A stretch of 53,091 nt of DNA from the NCBI GenBank assembly GCA_964479475.1, contig CAYZMI010000005.1, positions 11,819 through 64,909 of the forward strand, read 5' to 3'. This document shows, piece after piece, positions 20,089-29,232 of the stretch. Source of the stretch: an uncultured Rhodospirillaceae bacterium (lineage in GTDB: Bacteria; Pseudomonadota; Alphaproteobacteria; MPNO01; UBA2964). The position numbers were made by a program, and so were the translations under genes. The notes beneath the pieces are model-generated. The model had not been told where the DNA came from, ran no database searches, and saw only the letters and a program-made list of their open reading frames with translations. How positions within the stretch are numbered: position 1 is the first letter of the stretch; every line of letters begins with the position of its first letter.

Positions 20089-21055
20089 TGATTATCTTTC
20101 CAAAAAAATTACGTTGTTCCATAAGTGCCTCTGCCTCGGCGGTACGTTCTAAGGGAAAGGTAGAACTGATAACAGGTGAAAACCGACCGGCCGAAATCAA
20201 CGCAACACAAATTTCAATGTCCTCTTGGCTATAACTATTGGACCCGAGAACATCTAGTTCACGCACCCAGATAAACCGTAAATCGGTTTGGGGAGAATGC
20301 CCGGCTGTTGCGCCACAGGTCAGCACCCGACCGCCTCGCTTCGTCGCACGCAAAGAAGGGGCCCAAGTATCACCACCCGTGAAGTTCACCACCATGTCGG
20401 CGCCAATCTTACCCGTCAAATTCCACGTTTCTTTGCTGAAATCTTCCTCACTGTAATTGATCACGTGATCAGCGCCGATGTCCAACAACCTATTACATTT
20501 ATTTTGAGATCCTGCTGCGGCGATCACCGTCGCGCCAACCATGCTAGCCAATTGAACACAGGCAACGCCAACGCCACCGCTAGCGCCCAAGACTAATATA
20601 GTCTCCCCATCTTTAAGCCTTCCACGGCTAAACAACATTCGGTGCGCAGTGCCATAGTTAATAGGAATTGCAGCCCCAACATTGAATGAAATATTCTCCG
20701 GCAACCTAACCAAAAATTTTGCTGGCACTCTAACCAGTTCAGCTAAACCACCAATTAATTCCTCACCAATCATCCCTTCGTCCGTTCCCGGATTAACCGT
20801 AACCCGGTCTCCAACAGACCAACTCTTGACGTTGCTGCCAACTACCGAAATATCGCCAGCAATATCGCCACCCGAAATAAACGGCATAGGGACTGGAAAC
20901 CCGGGCATGCCCCGGCGAACAAAAATATCCAAGTGATTTAAGCCGCAGGCACGGACACGAACTATGACATCGTCGGGACCAGCACTAGGATCTGGCCAGT
21001 CACGATAAACGATGTTTTCAGCCCCACCCTGTTTTTCAATGACCGCAGCTTTCAT
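20078..21055 (-). CDS. Medium-chain dehydrogenase/reductase (quinone oxidoreductase-like)
   Basis: It has MKAAVIEKQGG, a GroES-like N-terminal domain and a GASGGVGVACVQLA NAD(P) motif. Its 3' end overlaps the convergent ligase gene by 11 nt. Confidence 0.85.
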   Translation of the reverse strand: MKAAVIEKQGGAENIVYRDWPDPSAGPDDVIVRVRACGLNHLDIFVRRGMPGFPVPMPFISGGDIAGDISVVGSNVKSWSVGDRVTVNPGTDEGMIGEELIGGLAELVRVPAKFLVRLPENISFNVGAAIPINYGTAHRMLFSRGRLKDGETILVLGASGGVGVACVQLASMVGATVIAAAGSQNKCNRLLDIGADHVINYSEEDFSKETWNLTGKIGADMVVNFTGGDTWAPSLRATKRGGRVLTCGATAGHSPQTDLRFIWVRELDVLGSNSYSQEDIEICVALISAGRFSPVISSTFPLERTAEAEALMEQRNFFGKIIINP

Positions 21056-21160
21056 TACACCCGTCCTTTTTTTCACTATAGAATTTTACCGATATGTGAT
21101 TCAAATTTCTAACCTGTCTCTTGAAGGCTATGCTAGCTTGCCATGTTTAGGAGGAAGGTC

Positions 21161-21586
21161 ATGGCAGAATGGATAGAGACCCATCGCGCGGTGGTGCATC
21201 AGTGGTGGTGTGATCATTTAGGACATATGAACGTGCGCTATTATGCGCATTTTTTCGACGATGCCGGCTTTCATTATTGGACCGGGATCCCTGAGGCCAA
21301 GGCTATCTTGGAACGGCAGGGCATCGGCGTGGTTGTCGCAAGAACTACCAACAACTTTATTAAAGAAGCACGCGCGGGGGAGCTTGTAGTAATACATAGT
21401 GGCCTGACAAGACTTGGCAACAAAAGCCTCACCTATACGCAACGAATGACAAACGCACAGAACTGCGACCTCCTAGCAACGCAGGATGCAGTTGAAGTGA
21501 TCTTTGACCCTAAGCTGCGTAAGGCAACAAATATGCCTGTGGAGTTAAGAAAACTTCTCGAAATTTCGTTAGTTGATCAGGACTAA
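21161..21586 (+). CDS. Hotdog-fold (4HBT-type) acyl-CoA thioesterase
   Basis: It is about 141 aa. VVHQWWCDHLGHMNVRYY is typical of 4HBT thioesterases. A strong AGGAGGAAGG RBS precedes the ATG at 21161. Confidence 0.7.
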   Translation: MAEWIETHRAVVHQWWCDHLGHMNVRYYAHFFDDAGFHYWTGIPEAKAILERQGIGVVVARTTNNFIKEARAGELVVIHSGLTRLGNKSLTYTQRMTNAQNCDLLATQDAVEVIFDPKLRKATNMPVELRKLLEISLVDQD

Positions 21587-21596
21587 ACAAGCGTCC

Positions 21597-22388
21597 TCAC
21601 CCCCCAGCTGTGGCATAATTCATACTGTCGCGCGTTGCCCAACCTGTAAAACGTGATTCCATAGCTGCGAAAATGGCATACATCCCAATAGCCATGACCG
21701 CAATAACGATCAATCCGGCAAAAGCAAGTGGTGTGTTGAAATCAGCGCTTGCAACCAACATCAGGTTTCCGATCCCACTTCCGCCAGCGACTGTTTCCGC
21801 TATCACCGCACCGACAAATGCTAAAGTGATGGCAATTTTAAGTGCGGCGAATAGATAAGGCATGGAACGCGGGATGCCAATTTTAAACACTATATCCATT
21901 TGGTTCGCACCAAGTGCGCGGAGTACGTCCTTAAGTTCGGGTTCGATAGTGGCCAACGCTACTGCCATGTTCACAACAATGGGGAAAAAACAAAGAATAA
22001 ACGCTGTTAGCATATTTGTGGTAAATCCGATGCCAAACCAAATTACCATAATCGGCACCACGGCAACTTTAGGAATGGAGTTAAAAGCTACCATCAAAGG
22101 ATAAAGCGCGGCGTAGGCAGGCCGCCAAAGACCGATTGCCACACCAACTGCAACGCCAAATACAACAGCAATTCCAAACCCGACCAGTGTAGCTATCAAT
22201 GTTGGCTCCGAGTTCCGCCAGAGGCCAACTCGATACTCATATATTGCCGCAAAGGTCTCAGATGCAGACGGCATAACTATACGTGGCACATCGAATATTT
22301 TGACAAGGGCTTCCCACAGAACAATAAGAATTAAGGTAAGTAACCAAGGAGAAAGCCGTTCAAAGGTTTTGGTATGAATAAATTTCAT
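21597..22388 (-). CDS. ABC transporter permease (NitT/TauT family)
   Basis: 263 aa with 6 TM segments. Its topology and EAA-like region resemble SsuC/TauC-type permeases. Confidence 0.85.
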   Translation of the reverse strand: MKFIHTKTFERLSPWLLTLILIVLWEALVKIFDVPRIVMPSASETFAAIYEYRVGLWRNSEPTLIATLVGFGIAVVFGVAVGVAIGLWRPAYAALYPLMVAFNSIPKVAVVPIMVIWFGIGFTTNMLTAFILCFFPIVVNMAVALATIEPELKDVLRALGANQMDIVFKIGIPRSMPYLFAALKIAITLAFVGAVIAETVAGGSGIGNLMLVASADFNTPLAFAGLIVIAVMAIGMYAIFAAMESRFTGWATRDSMNYATAGG

Positions 22389-22397
22389 TAGTTGTTC

Positions 22398-23201
22398 CTA
22401 TTGGTCAGAACGCGCCACATTAATGTGATGACGAAGATCTTGAACGAGTTCTACTATCTCACGCCCATACATATCGTCTAACTTACGTGGACGTGGCATT
22501 TTTACCTCGCGATCAAGAATAATGCGGCCTGGGCGAGCGCTCATGACATAAACTGTATCGGCTAGATAGACAGCTTCACGAAGGTCATGTGTTACAAGAA
22601 TAACGGTGCAGTTACGTTCCATGTAGAGCTTCTGAAGGACGTCCCATAACTCCTCACGCGTAAATGCATCAAGTGCACCGAAAGGCTCGTCCAAAAGAAG
22701 AAGATCCGGCTTGTGTACAAGAGCGCGGCATAACTGTGCCCGCTGCTGCATCCCGCCTGACAACTGCCAGGGCGCCCGGTCGCCAAATCCATCAAGCCCC
22801 ACTGTTTCCAATAATTCATCAGCCAATGCTTTGTATTCCGCTTTTTTGGATTTAAACTGTTGGCGGTGGGGTTCTACGATTTCAAGCGGCAACAACACGT
22901 TTTCACGCGTCGAACGCCACGGCAACAAAGTAGCGTTTTGAAATGCCATACCGACGATCTTGAGAGGCTCCGTGACCTCTTCACCGCCAACAAAAACCTT
23001 ACCTTTGTTTGCGTGGATAAGCCCAGCTATCACCTTTAGCAATGTAGACTTGCCGCAACCACTCGGCCCAACCAAGGCAATAAAATCACCCTTCTCCATT
23101 TGGAGAGACGTGTTGGATAGCGCTAACGTCCCGTCCCCCACAGTATCACCTTCACTATTGCGGTAGACGAGATCGATGTTGTCAATATCGATGAAACTCA
23201 T
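22398..23201 (-). CDS. ABC transporter ATP-binding protein (NitT/TauT family)
   Basis: It has Walker A GPSGCGKST, the signature LSGGMQQR and Walker B LLLLDEPF. Confidence 0.9.
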   Translation of the reverse strand: MSFIDIDNIDLVYRNSEGDTVGDGTLALSNTSLQMEKGDFIALVGPSGCGKSTLLKVIAGLIHANKGKVFVGGEEVTEPLKIVGMAFQNATLLPWRSTRENVLLPLEIVEPHRQQFKSKKAEYKALADELLETVGLDGFGDRAPWQLSGGMQQRAQLCRALVHKPDLLLLDEPFGALDAFTREELWDVLQKLYMERNCTVILVTHDLREAVYLADTVYVMSARPGRIILDREVKMPRPRKLDDMYGREIVELVQDLRHHINVARSDQ

Positions 23202-23202
23202 G

Positions 23203-23235
23203 AAAACTCAAGCGGGGCGCTTCACAGCGCCCCGC
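23203..23235 (-). terminator. Intra-operon stem-loop (attenuator or partial terminator) between the binding-protein and ATPase genes
   Basis: A perfect 10-bp GC-rich stem (gcggggcgct / agcgccccgc, 23212..23235) encloses a 4-nt loop. On the minus strand it is followed by UUGAGUUUUC. Confidence 0.5.
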
Positions 23236-23262
23236 CCCTTTCGAAACCAAATTGTGAATAGT

Positions 23263-24279
23263 CTATTTGTGTATATACCGTTTAGATTGAGGCGGTAAAT
23301 AAGACCTATCAAACATGTCTTGCGCCTTAGGAATATTCTTTAAACCATAGGCTAGGGCTGCCTGTTGTATGGATCGCTGTAACCGCGCCATATCAACATC
23401 ACCATAACCATTCTTCTTAACCCAAGGGGTTAAAATGCAACATTCCACACCTAAACGGAGGCGGTCAGCTTCCACCGCTTTATTGGCCAGCGGTTGGAAT
23501 TTTCTGACTGCGCTAACAGCCATTTTGGGCCGTAATACCGTATCGCGCGCGGCCTTGATAGTGGCACGAATAAAGCCCTTCACCGCTTCGGGATGTTTCT
23601 TTAAGAAAGCTGGTGATACCGCGATCCCGTTTGCATAGGATTCCATCCCATGATCGCCATAAAGGAAACACCGAATGTCTTGCTCTTTATAACCGGCCGC
23701 TTTAACTGCAAGCACGGTGGAGAATATATGGCCTGAAATGGCGTCAACATCGCCACGCAGAAGCATCGGTTCACGTAACCGAGGATCCATATTCTTTTTC
23801 GTCACAGAGTTTGGGTCGATGCCGATCGCCTTTGCAAAGGCCGGGAAAAGCTTGTAGCTCGCGTCAAAGACCGGTGCGCCAAGCGATTTACCTACAAGTT
23901 GCTGCGGCTTCTTGACCGGCGACTTTGCTAACACACAGATGGAGAATGGCGGTTGCTCGTACAACATCATCACGGTCTTAATAGCCTTATTCGGATTCTT
24001 TGAGTTGTACTGAATGATAGCGTTAATATCAGCCCACCCCAGATCATGAGTACCGGCAACCAGTTTACGAACAGCGTCCGCAGACCCCTTGCCCGCATCG
24101 ATTTTCACGTCCAGACCTTCAGCTTTAAAATAACCTTCATATTGAGCAATGAATGATGGACCATGTGTCGATTGCGGAACCCAGTCCAAGGTCAAACGAA
24201 TTTTAGTTGCGGCTTCAACGGTTGCAGCACCGGCGATAATCGCAATCGCGGCACCTGCCATAACGAACTTGCGGATCAT
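23263..24279 (-). CDS. ABC transporter substrate-binding protein (NMT1/THI5-like)
   Basis: It has a signal peptide (MIRKFVMAGAAIAIIAGAATVEA). Its length and sequence pattern (LDWVPQSTHGPSFIA..GYF) resemble NMT1/SsuA-like binding proteins. Confidence 0.8.
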   Translation of the reverse strand: MIRKFVMAGAAIAIIAGAATVEAATKIRLTLDWVPQSTHGPSFIAQYEGYFKAEGLDVKIDAGKGSADAVRKLVAGTHDLGWADINAIIQYNSKNPNKAIKTVMMLYEQPPFSICVLAKSPVKKPQQLVGKSLGAPVFDASYKLFPAFAKAIGIDPNSVTKKNMDPRLREPMLLRGDVDAISGHIFSTVLAVKAAGYKEQDIRCFLYGDHGMESYANGIAVSPAFLKKHPEAVKGFIRATIKAARDTVLRPKMAVSAVRKFQPLANKAVEADRLRLGVECCILTPWVKKNGYGDVDMARLQRSIQQAALAYGLKNIPKAQDMFDRSYLPPQSKRYIHK

Positions 24280-24475
24280 AGAATCTCCCCCTTTAAGAAA
24301 TTGAAACGCATTATTAAGAATGCAAACAGCAAATCCAACTGTGAGGCAAGTTTATATCAATTCAACGGCGACCGAAATACCTACTCAAGCTATTGTATAT
24401 ATTAAATTAAATAAATTGAGTGACATAAAGCAGAATGACAAATGTGGAACAGCGGACACCAATTTTGGATACACA

Positions 24476-24487
24476 TGTTGTACAACA
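24476..24487. promoter_or_regulatory. Perfect 12-bp palindrome TGTTGTACAACA in a divergent promoter region (candidate operator)
   Basis: It is seen directly in the sequence, about 73 nt upstream of the M20 ATG, between divergent operons. Confidence 0.3.
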
Positions 24488-24559
24488 AAATAACGCTTTA
24501 GTTGGCAAAGAGAATACAATTCGACATGTTCGGCATAAAAGGCCTTCAAAGGTAAGTTC

Positions 24560-25711
24560 ATGACAAACAAAATTGATATTCTCCAAATCCTGACAGATTT
24601 GATAGCCATCCCGTCCAGCTATCCGCCGGGTAATTCCACAAAGATTTGTGGCTATACCGCGAAGCGCATGCAGCGGGCGGGTTATGAAACCGCAGTACAT
24701 ACTAAAATAGCACCGATCGACAATGTCGTTGCACGTATGGGGACCGGAAAACCCTCAATCGTCTTTAATTCTCACGTCGATACCATCGCGATATCCGACC
24801 CCAGTGAATGGTCGACAGACCCGTTCGATGCAACAATGATAGAAGGTCGCGTTCATGGGCTAGGTGCTGGGAATTGCAAAGGCTCAATGGCCGTACAAAT
24901 TTGGCTCGCGGAAGAAATCGCACGCCGTGGCGGGCCCGCGAATGGCGAAGTGGTATTCACCTTCGTTGGTGATGAGGAAAATCTTGGGGCCAACGGCCTG
25001 GCGTATTTACGCAAGTCGGACTTGATTGATCCAGATGTGCTGATCTGCGGCGCACAAACGCAACTTCAGGCGATAACCGAAGAACGTGGGGTCGTGTGGG
25101 TAGAAATTACCACAAGTGGGATGAGTGCACATGCCGGAGAACCAGAAAACGGCGATAATGCGATCAACAGAATGGTACGGCTGATCTCAATACTTGAACG
25201 CGATTTAGTCCCCAAATTGGAGAAAAGGCAGCGCGGTGTTTTACGGTCAACCATAAACATAGGAAAAATCTATGGTGGTACCAACACTAATGCGGTACCT
25301 AGCGCTTGCCGAATTGAAATAGATCGACGTCTATTACCAGAAGAAAAAATTCAAGATGCCGTTGATGAATTGGAAGAGACAATAGCTACATCCGGTGAAC
25401 CAGAAGGGACTTGGGACATCCAATTGATTACAGGAAGCAAGGGGTTTGCTTCACCTCGAGAGGCTCCGTCCCTAACCATTTTCCAAAATGCCATCGAAAC
25501 CAAAACAGGCAAACCCTGCCGCGATATTGTCGCTATTGGTGCTAGCGATGCGCGGTACTTCGCCGATGACGGAATAATATTGATGACTTTCGGCCCAGGT
25601 CACGCGAAGGACGGACATAAAGCCAATGAATTCGTGCCGGTCGCAGACTTGGAAGCAGCTGCGCTAATTCAATTGTCTGTGATTGAACAACTATTGGGTT
25701 TCGCAAATTAA
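24560..25711 (+). CDS. M20-family metallopeptidase/deacylase (ArgE/DapE/carbamoylase-like)
   Basis: The HVDTI and FVGDEENLG metal-ligand regions, the SAHAG motif and the 383-aa length are typical of ArgE/DapE-type enzymes. Confidence 0.85.
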   Translation: MTNKIDILQILTDLIAIPSSYPPGNSTKICGYTAKRMQRAGYETAVHTKIAPIDNVVARMGTGKPSIVFNSHVDTIAISDPSEWSTDPFDATMIEGRVHGLGAGNCKGSMAVQIWLAEEIARRGGPANGEVVFTFVGDEENLGANGLAYLRKSDLIDPDVLICGAQTQLQAITEERGVVWVEITTSGMSAHAGEPENGDNAINRMVRLISILERDLVPKLEKRQRGVLRSTINIGKIYGGTNTNAVPSACRIEIDRRLLPEEKIQDAVDELEETIATSGEPEGTWDIQLITGSKGFASPREAPSLTIFQNAIETKTGKPCRDIVAIGASDARYFADDGIILMTFGPGHAKDGHKANEFVPVADLEAAALIQLSVIEQLLGFAN

Positions 25712-25827
25712 CACACTGGCATTCTTGGGAATGGGTGAATTCTTTTTGCAGACCTAACTGTCAAAGCTCACAATTGTTTGTTAGCCGGATGCGGCAGAGA
25801 ATGATTATGCGAAATTCAACCAGCTAA

Positions 25828-27252
25828 CTAAATTTGGGGGTTGTTGATAATTGCATCCATGGTTTTGTTGGTATTACGGGGAGCGGGTGATGGCATCTCC
25901 TGCACGATCGGCCTACCCCACCCCTGCTCCCCCACCAATTCTCTTTCTTTTACAACGATACGGCCCCGCACCAGCGTCCAGTCAACCGAAGCGGTAGTTT
26001 CAAAACCATGCCAGGCCGTAATTTTGCTTTTGGAATGCAAATCAGCGTTATCGATCATGCTCCCCTTAGCAAGATCGGCAATAACAATATCTGCGTCGGA
26101 CCCAGCCTGTATTACACCTTTGTTTGGGTAGCAACCCCAAGCCTGAGCTGGCGCATGCGCCGACCACTGGACATATTGGTTTATCGATAGCCGTCCCGCA
26201 TTTACTTGGGTTAGCATAACCGGCATTTGAGTCTCAACACCAGGAAAGCCACAGTCACACTGCCAGATATTTTCGCTGGATACTTCGTCCGGTTGATGGG
26301 GAGCGTGATCCGTCGCGATCATGTCAATTGTGCCATCATGCAACGCCTCCCATAACGCCTCACCATGACCGGGCTCCCGGATAGGCGGGTTAACTCGCAT
26401 TACGCCCCCTTTACGCTTCATGTCTTCAGTCGTCAGCAAAAGGTAGTGGGGACACGTTTCAACGGTCACATCGACCCCACGCGCCTTAGCGTCTTTAAGT
26501 ATATAAAGTGCATCTTTCGAACTTTTATGAGCGATATGCAATCGCGCGCCTGTCCACTCGGCAAAGGCAACGGCCCGACCTACAGCTTCTACAGCGCAGA
26601 TTTCAGGACGGGCCGCGAGGTGCGCTAGCAAGTCGGTCCGTCCTGCTTTTTCCATTCGATCCTGCCGACGTGCCATTATGGAAGGGTTTTCAGCGTGCAC
26701 GGTGCAGCGATAACCATGTTTTGCGAGTATTTCGAAGCCTTCGAGCATTGCTCCATCTGATGGTGCCGGCAAATCGCCAAAAGTATTTCCCATAAAGCAT
26801 TTAAACCCGCTTACGCCATGGGCGATCAAATCTTCTAACTGATCGATATTTTCTTCATCAAGAAGGCCATATATACCGTAATCTACATGTGCTTGGGCAG
26901 TAGCACGTTCTTGCTTTAGTTTTAGAGCATCCAGCGTCCCGGTTGGAGGATTGGTGTTAGGCATTTCGAAAACACTTGTTGTGCCGCCGCACGCAGCAGC
27001 AGCCGTACCGGTTGCCCAGTCTTCCTTATGTTCATATCCCGGCTCGCGAAAATGCACATGGCTATCGACCGCGCCCGGAAGGACATAACGTCCATTGGCA
27101 TCAATATCCCGATCACTGTGCGCGATTACACCGGGCGACGTTACCGCAGCGATCTTTTCTCCAGAGATAGCAACGTCAGCGTGCACTGTGGAGGACGGCG
27201 AAACCACTTTGCCCCCGCGTATAACAAAATCTAATTCGGCGTTGTTCATCAA
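25828..27252 (-). CDS. Cyclic amidohydrolase (dihydroorotase/allantoinase/hydantoinase family)
   Basis: It has the DSHVHFREPG metal site, GGTTSVFEMPNTNPP, and FKCFMG containing the candidate carbamylated Lys. 474 aa. Confidence 0.85.
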   Translation of the reverse strand: MMNNAELDFVIRGGKVVSPSSTVHADVAISGEKIAAVTSPGVIAHSDRDIDANGRYVLPGAVDSHVHFREPGYEHKEDWATGTAAAACGGTTSVFEMPNTNPPTGTLDALKLKQERATAQAHVDYGIYGLLDEENIDQLEDLIAHGVSGFKCFMGNTFGDLPAPSDGAMLEGFEILAKHGYRCTVHAENPSIMARRQDRMEKAGRTDLLAHLAARPEICAVEAVGRAVAFAEWTGARLHIAHKSSKDALYILKDAKARGVDVTVETCPHYLLLTTEDMKRKGGVMRVNPPIREPGHGEALWEALHDGTIDMIATDHAPHQPDEVSSENIWQCDCGFPGVETQMPVMLTQVNAGRLSINQYVQWSAHAPAQAWGCYPNKGVIQAGSDADIVIADLAKGSMIDNADLHSKSKITAWHGFETTASVDWTLVRGRIVVKERELVGEQGWGRPIVQEMPSPAPRNTNKTMDAIINNPQI

Positions 27253-27268
27253 GCCTCCCCTTAACCGG

Positions 27269-28060
27269 TTAAATCACCCAGCCACCGTCAATGGCGAGAT
27301 CTTGACCAGTGATATTCTTTGCTGCATCGCTGGCGAAAAACAGTATGGCATTGGCAACGTCCTGATCAGTCGAAATCCGCCGCAACGCATATTCTTCCTC
27401 ATGCTGCGCACGGGCCTCTTCCACCGAAATATTGAGGCGTTTTGCTCTTTCCATACAGACCTTTTGGAAGCGGGGCCCATCGACCATACCTGGACAAACG
27501 CAGTTAACATTGATGTTGTATGGACCAACTTCGAGCGCTGTACTTTTGGTTATGCCACGAAGCCCCCATTTAGACGCGCTATAGGCCATCCTTAATGCGC
27601 GGCCACGCAATCCGAATGTCCCACCGACATTGACGATTTTACCGTAGCACCTCTCGATCATACTCGGCAGTATGGCCCGCATGGTTTGGAAGCAACCCTT
27701 CATATTCAGATCGATGATTTGATCAAACTGCTCCGGTGTGGTTTCCCATGCAGTAGTCTCTAACGGGCCGGTTCCACCCGCGATATTGACCAATATATCG
27801 ACACGACCAAATTTCTCCAACGCAGTATCACACATAACTTTGACATCGCGTGTGGATGTCACGTCACATCTCGTAACTTCTACGTGTCGGCCCAAACTCT
27901 GAGCCTTGGCCGCCACCTCTTCGATTGGACCCAAATCGCGCCCTACGAGTAGAAGATCTGCTCCGGCATTCGCCAAAGTGAGTGTCGTGGCCGCACCCAT
28001 GCCTTTAGCCGGACCGGTTATAACGGCAACTCGATCTTCGAGATTACAAAAACCATTCAC
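27269..28060 (-). CDS. Short-chain dehydrogenase/reductase (SDR)
   Basis: It has ITGPAKGMGAAT (TGxxxGxG), NIAGG and the YSASK catalytic motif. The start is uncertain: GTG at 28060 is preferred, while the ORF track uses TTG at 28117. Confidence 0.85.
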   Translation of the reverse strand: MNGFCNLEDRVAVITGPAKGMGAATTLTLANAGADLLLVGRDLGPIEEVAAKAQSLGRHVEVTRCDVTSTRDVKVMCDTALEKFGRVDILVNIAGGTGPLETTAWETTPEQFDQIIDLNMKGCFQTMRAILPSMIERCYGKIVNVGGTFGLRGRALRMAYSASKWGLRGITKSTALEVGPYNINVNCVCPGMVDGPRFQKVCMERAKRLNISVEEARAQHEEEYALRRISTDQDVANAILFFASDAAKNITGQDLAIDGGWVI

Positions 28061-28131
28061 CTGTTCTGCCCCCAAATTAGGTGCTCGGCAGCCTAACCAA
28101 ATGCAATCCGACGACAACCCTCGTTATCAGC

Positions 28132-29211
28132 TCAAGGGTGCACTGTCTCAGTAAACCAATCCGTCGGCAGTTCCTGCCCGATTCCTAATTCTCTTGCCTT
28201 TTTATTTATGAGGTACCCCGCGGCGGCGAATTGGTACCCCATACCATTGTTAAAAAAACTGCTAATTTGGTCGTCGTTCGTTCGCCCTTCCCGACGCCCT
28301 GCCATAATGTCGGGGAACGTCGGTAGGGACGCGTGAAATTCATCGCGCTCCATGCTGTAATTACCTTTCCCTTTTTCTTCACCAATTTGTACATCATGCG
28401 TATAAATAAGGCGCGCATGATCGTTGTAATGAAGCAAAGTCATCAGATCGACCCGTGGCCAGGCTTTTTTATCTAACTCAGTCGCTCCTGGACGAATTGT
28501 CCCGATATGCATACCCGGTTCTAGCCAGGGATCCAAAAACACTGGCGCCGATGTGTTAGTTGCGCAATGAATGATCTGCGCTCCTTTGCACGCATCTTCA
28601 GCACTACCGTAGACACGGACCTCCTTTCCAAGCAATGCACTCATTTCCTCAGCAAACGTTGTGCAATTTGCGTTGTTAGGACTGTAGACGCGAATATCCT
28701 TAAGGGTTCGCACAAGATTGAGACCAGTGAGCTGAGTGCGCGCTTGCCAACCTGAACCTAATATAGCGACTGTATCTGCGTCCTTACGGGCAAGATAATC
28801 GGCGGCTATGGCACTTGTACCGCCGACACGCATACTTTGGACTACGCCATCGGGGAAAATTGCCAATGGCTCGCCAGTGTGAGTACTGAACAAAAGAACA
28901 AGTCCTACATACCGGTCACCAGGGGCAGCCGGAATTTTAACACGACGCATACCGGCCGCCGTTTTGGGAAAAGTCAGAATGTCAGAGTTGATACGAATTG
29001 CCCCTACACCGAATTTGGGAACCACCCCGTCCATGGATTTCAGAGCGTAAAGACCATCTTTTGACCAGGTGGTTGGCGTCACAATATCTGTTCGTACCCG
29101 ATCGCCACCCCGACCTTCGCCCAACTCCACAAACGCGTCGGCCAACACTACAATCAAGTCCTCCATAGTGAGAACCTGTTCCACCTCTTCGTTGGATAAG
29201 ATGAGTGTCAT
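28132..29211 (-). CDS. Ornithine cyclodeaminase/mu-crystallin family enzyme (paralog 2)
   Basis: It has an LGSGWQA Rossmann motif, is 359 aa, and by eye is roughly two-thirds identical to its neighbour at 29233..30312. Confidence 0.85.
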   Translation of the reverse strand: MTLILSNEEVEQVLTMEDLIVVLADAFVELGEGRGGDRVRTDIVTPTTWSKDGLYALKSMDGVVPKFGVGAIRINSDILTFPKTAAGMRRVKIPAAPGDRYVGLVLLFSTHTGEPLAIFPDGVVQSMRVGGTSAIAADYLARKDADTVAILGSGWQARTQLTGLNLVRTLKDIRVYSPNNANCTTFAEEMSALLGKEVRVYGSAEDACKGAQIIHCATNTSAPVFLDPWLEPGMHIGTIRPGATELDKKAWPRVDLMTLLHYNDHARLIYTHDVQIGEEKGKGNYSMERDEFHASLPTFPDIMAGRREGRTNDDQISSFFNNGMGYQFAAAGYLINKKARELGIGQELPTDWFTETVHP

Positions 29212-29232
29212 TAAATTGGGCCGAGTTATCGC

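Noticed and set aside
24280-24559. A TPP riboswitch upstream of the NMT1/THI5-like binding-protein gene, and a cobalamin riboswitch upstream of the B12-radical SAM operon (41794..41957).
   Set aside because: I looked for the conserved cores (CUGAGA ... ACCUGAUCUGGAUAAUGCCAGCG for TPP, and a B12 box for cobalamin) on the relevant strands and did not see them.
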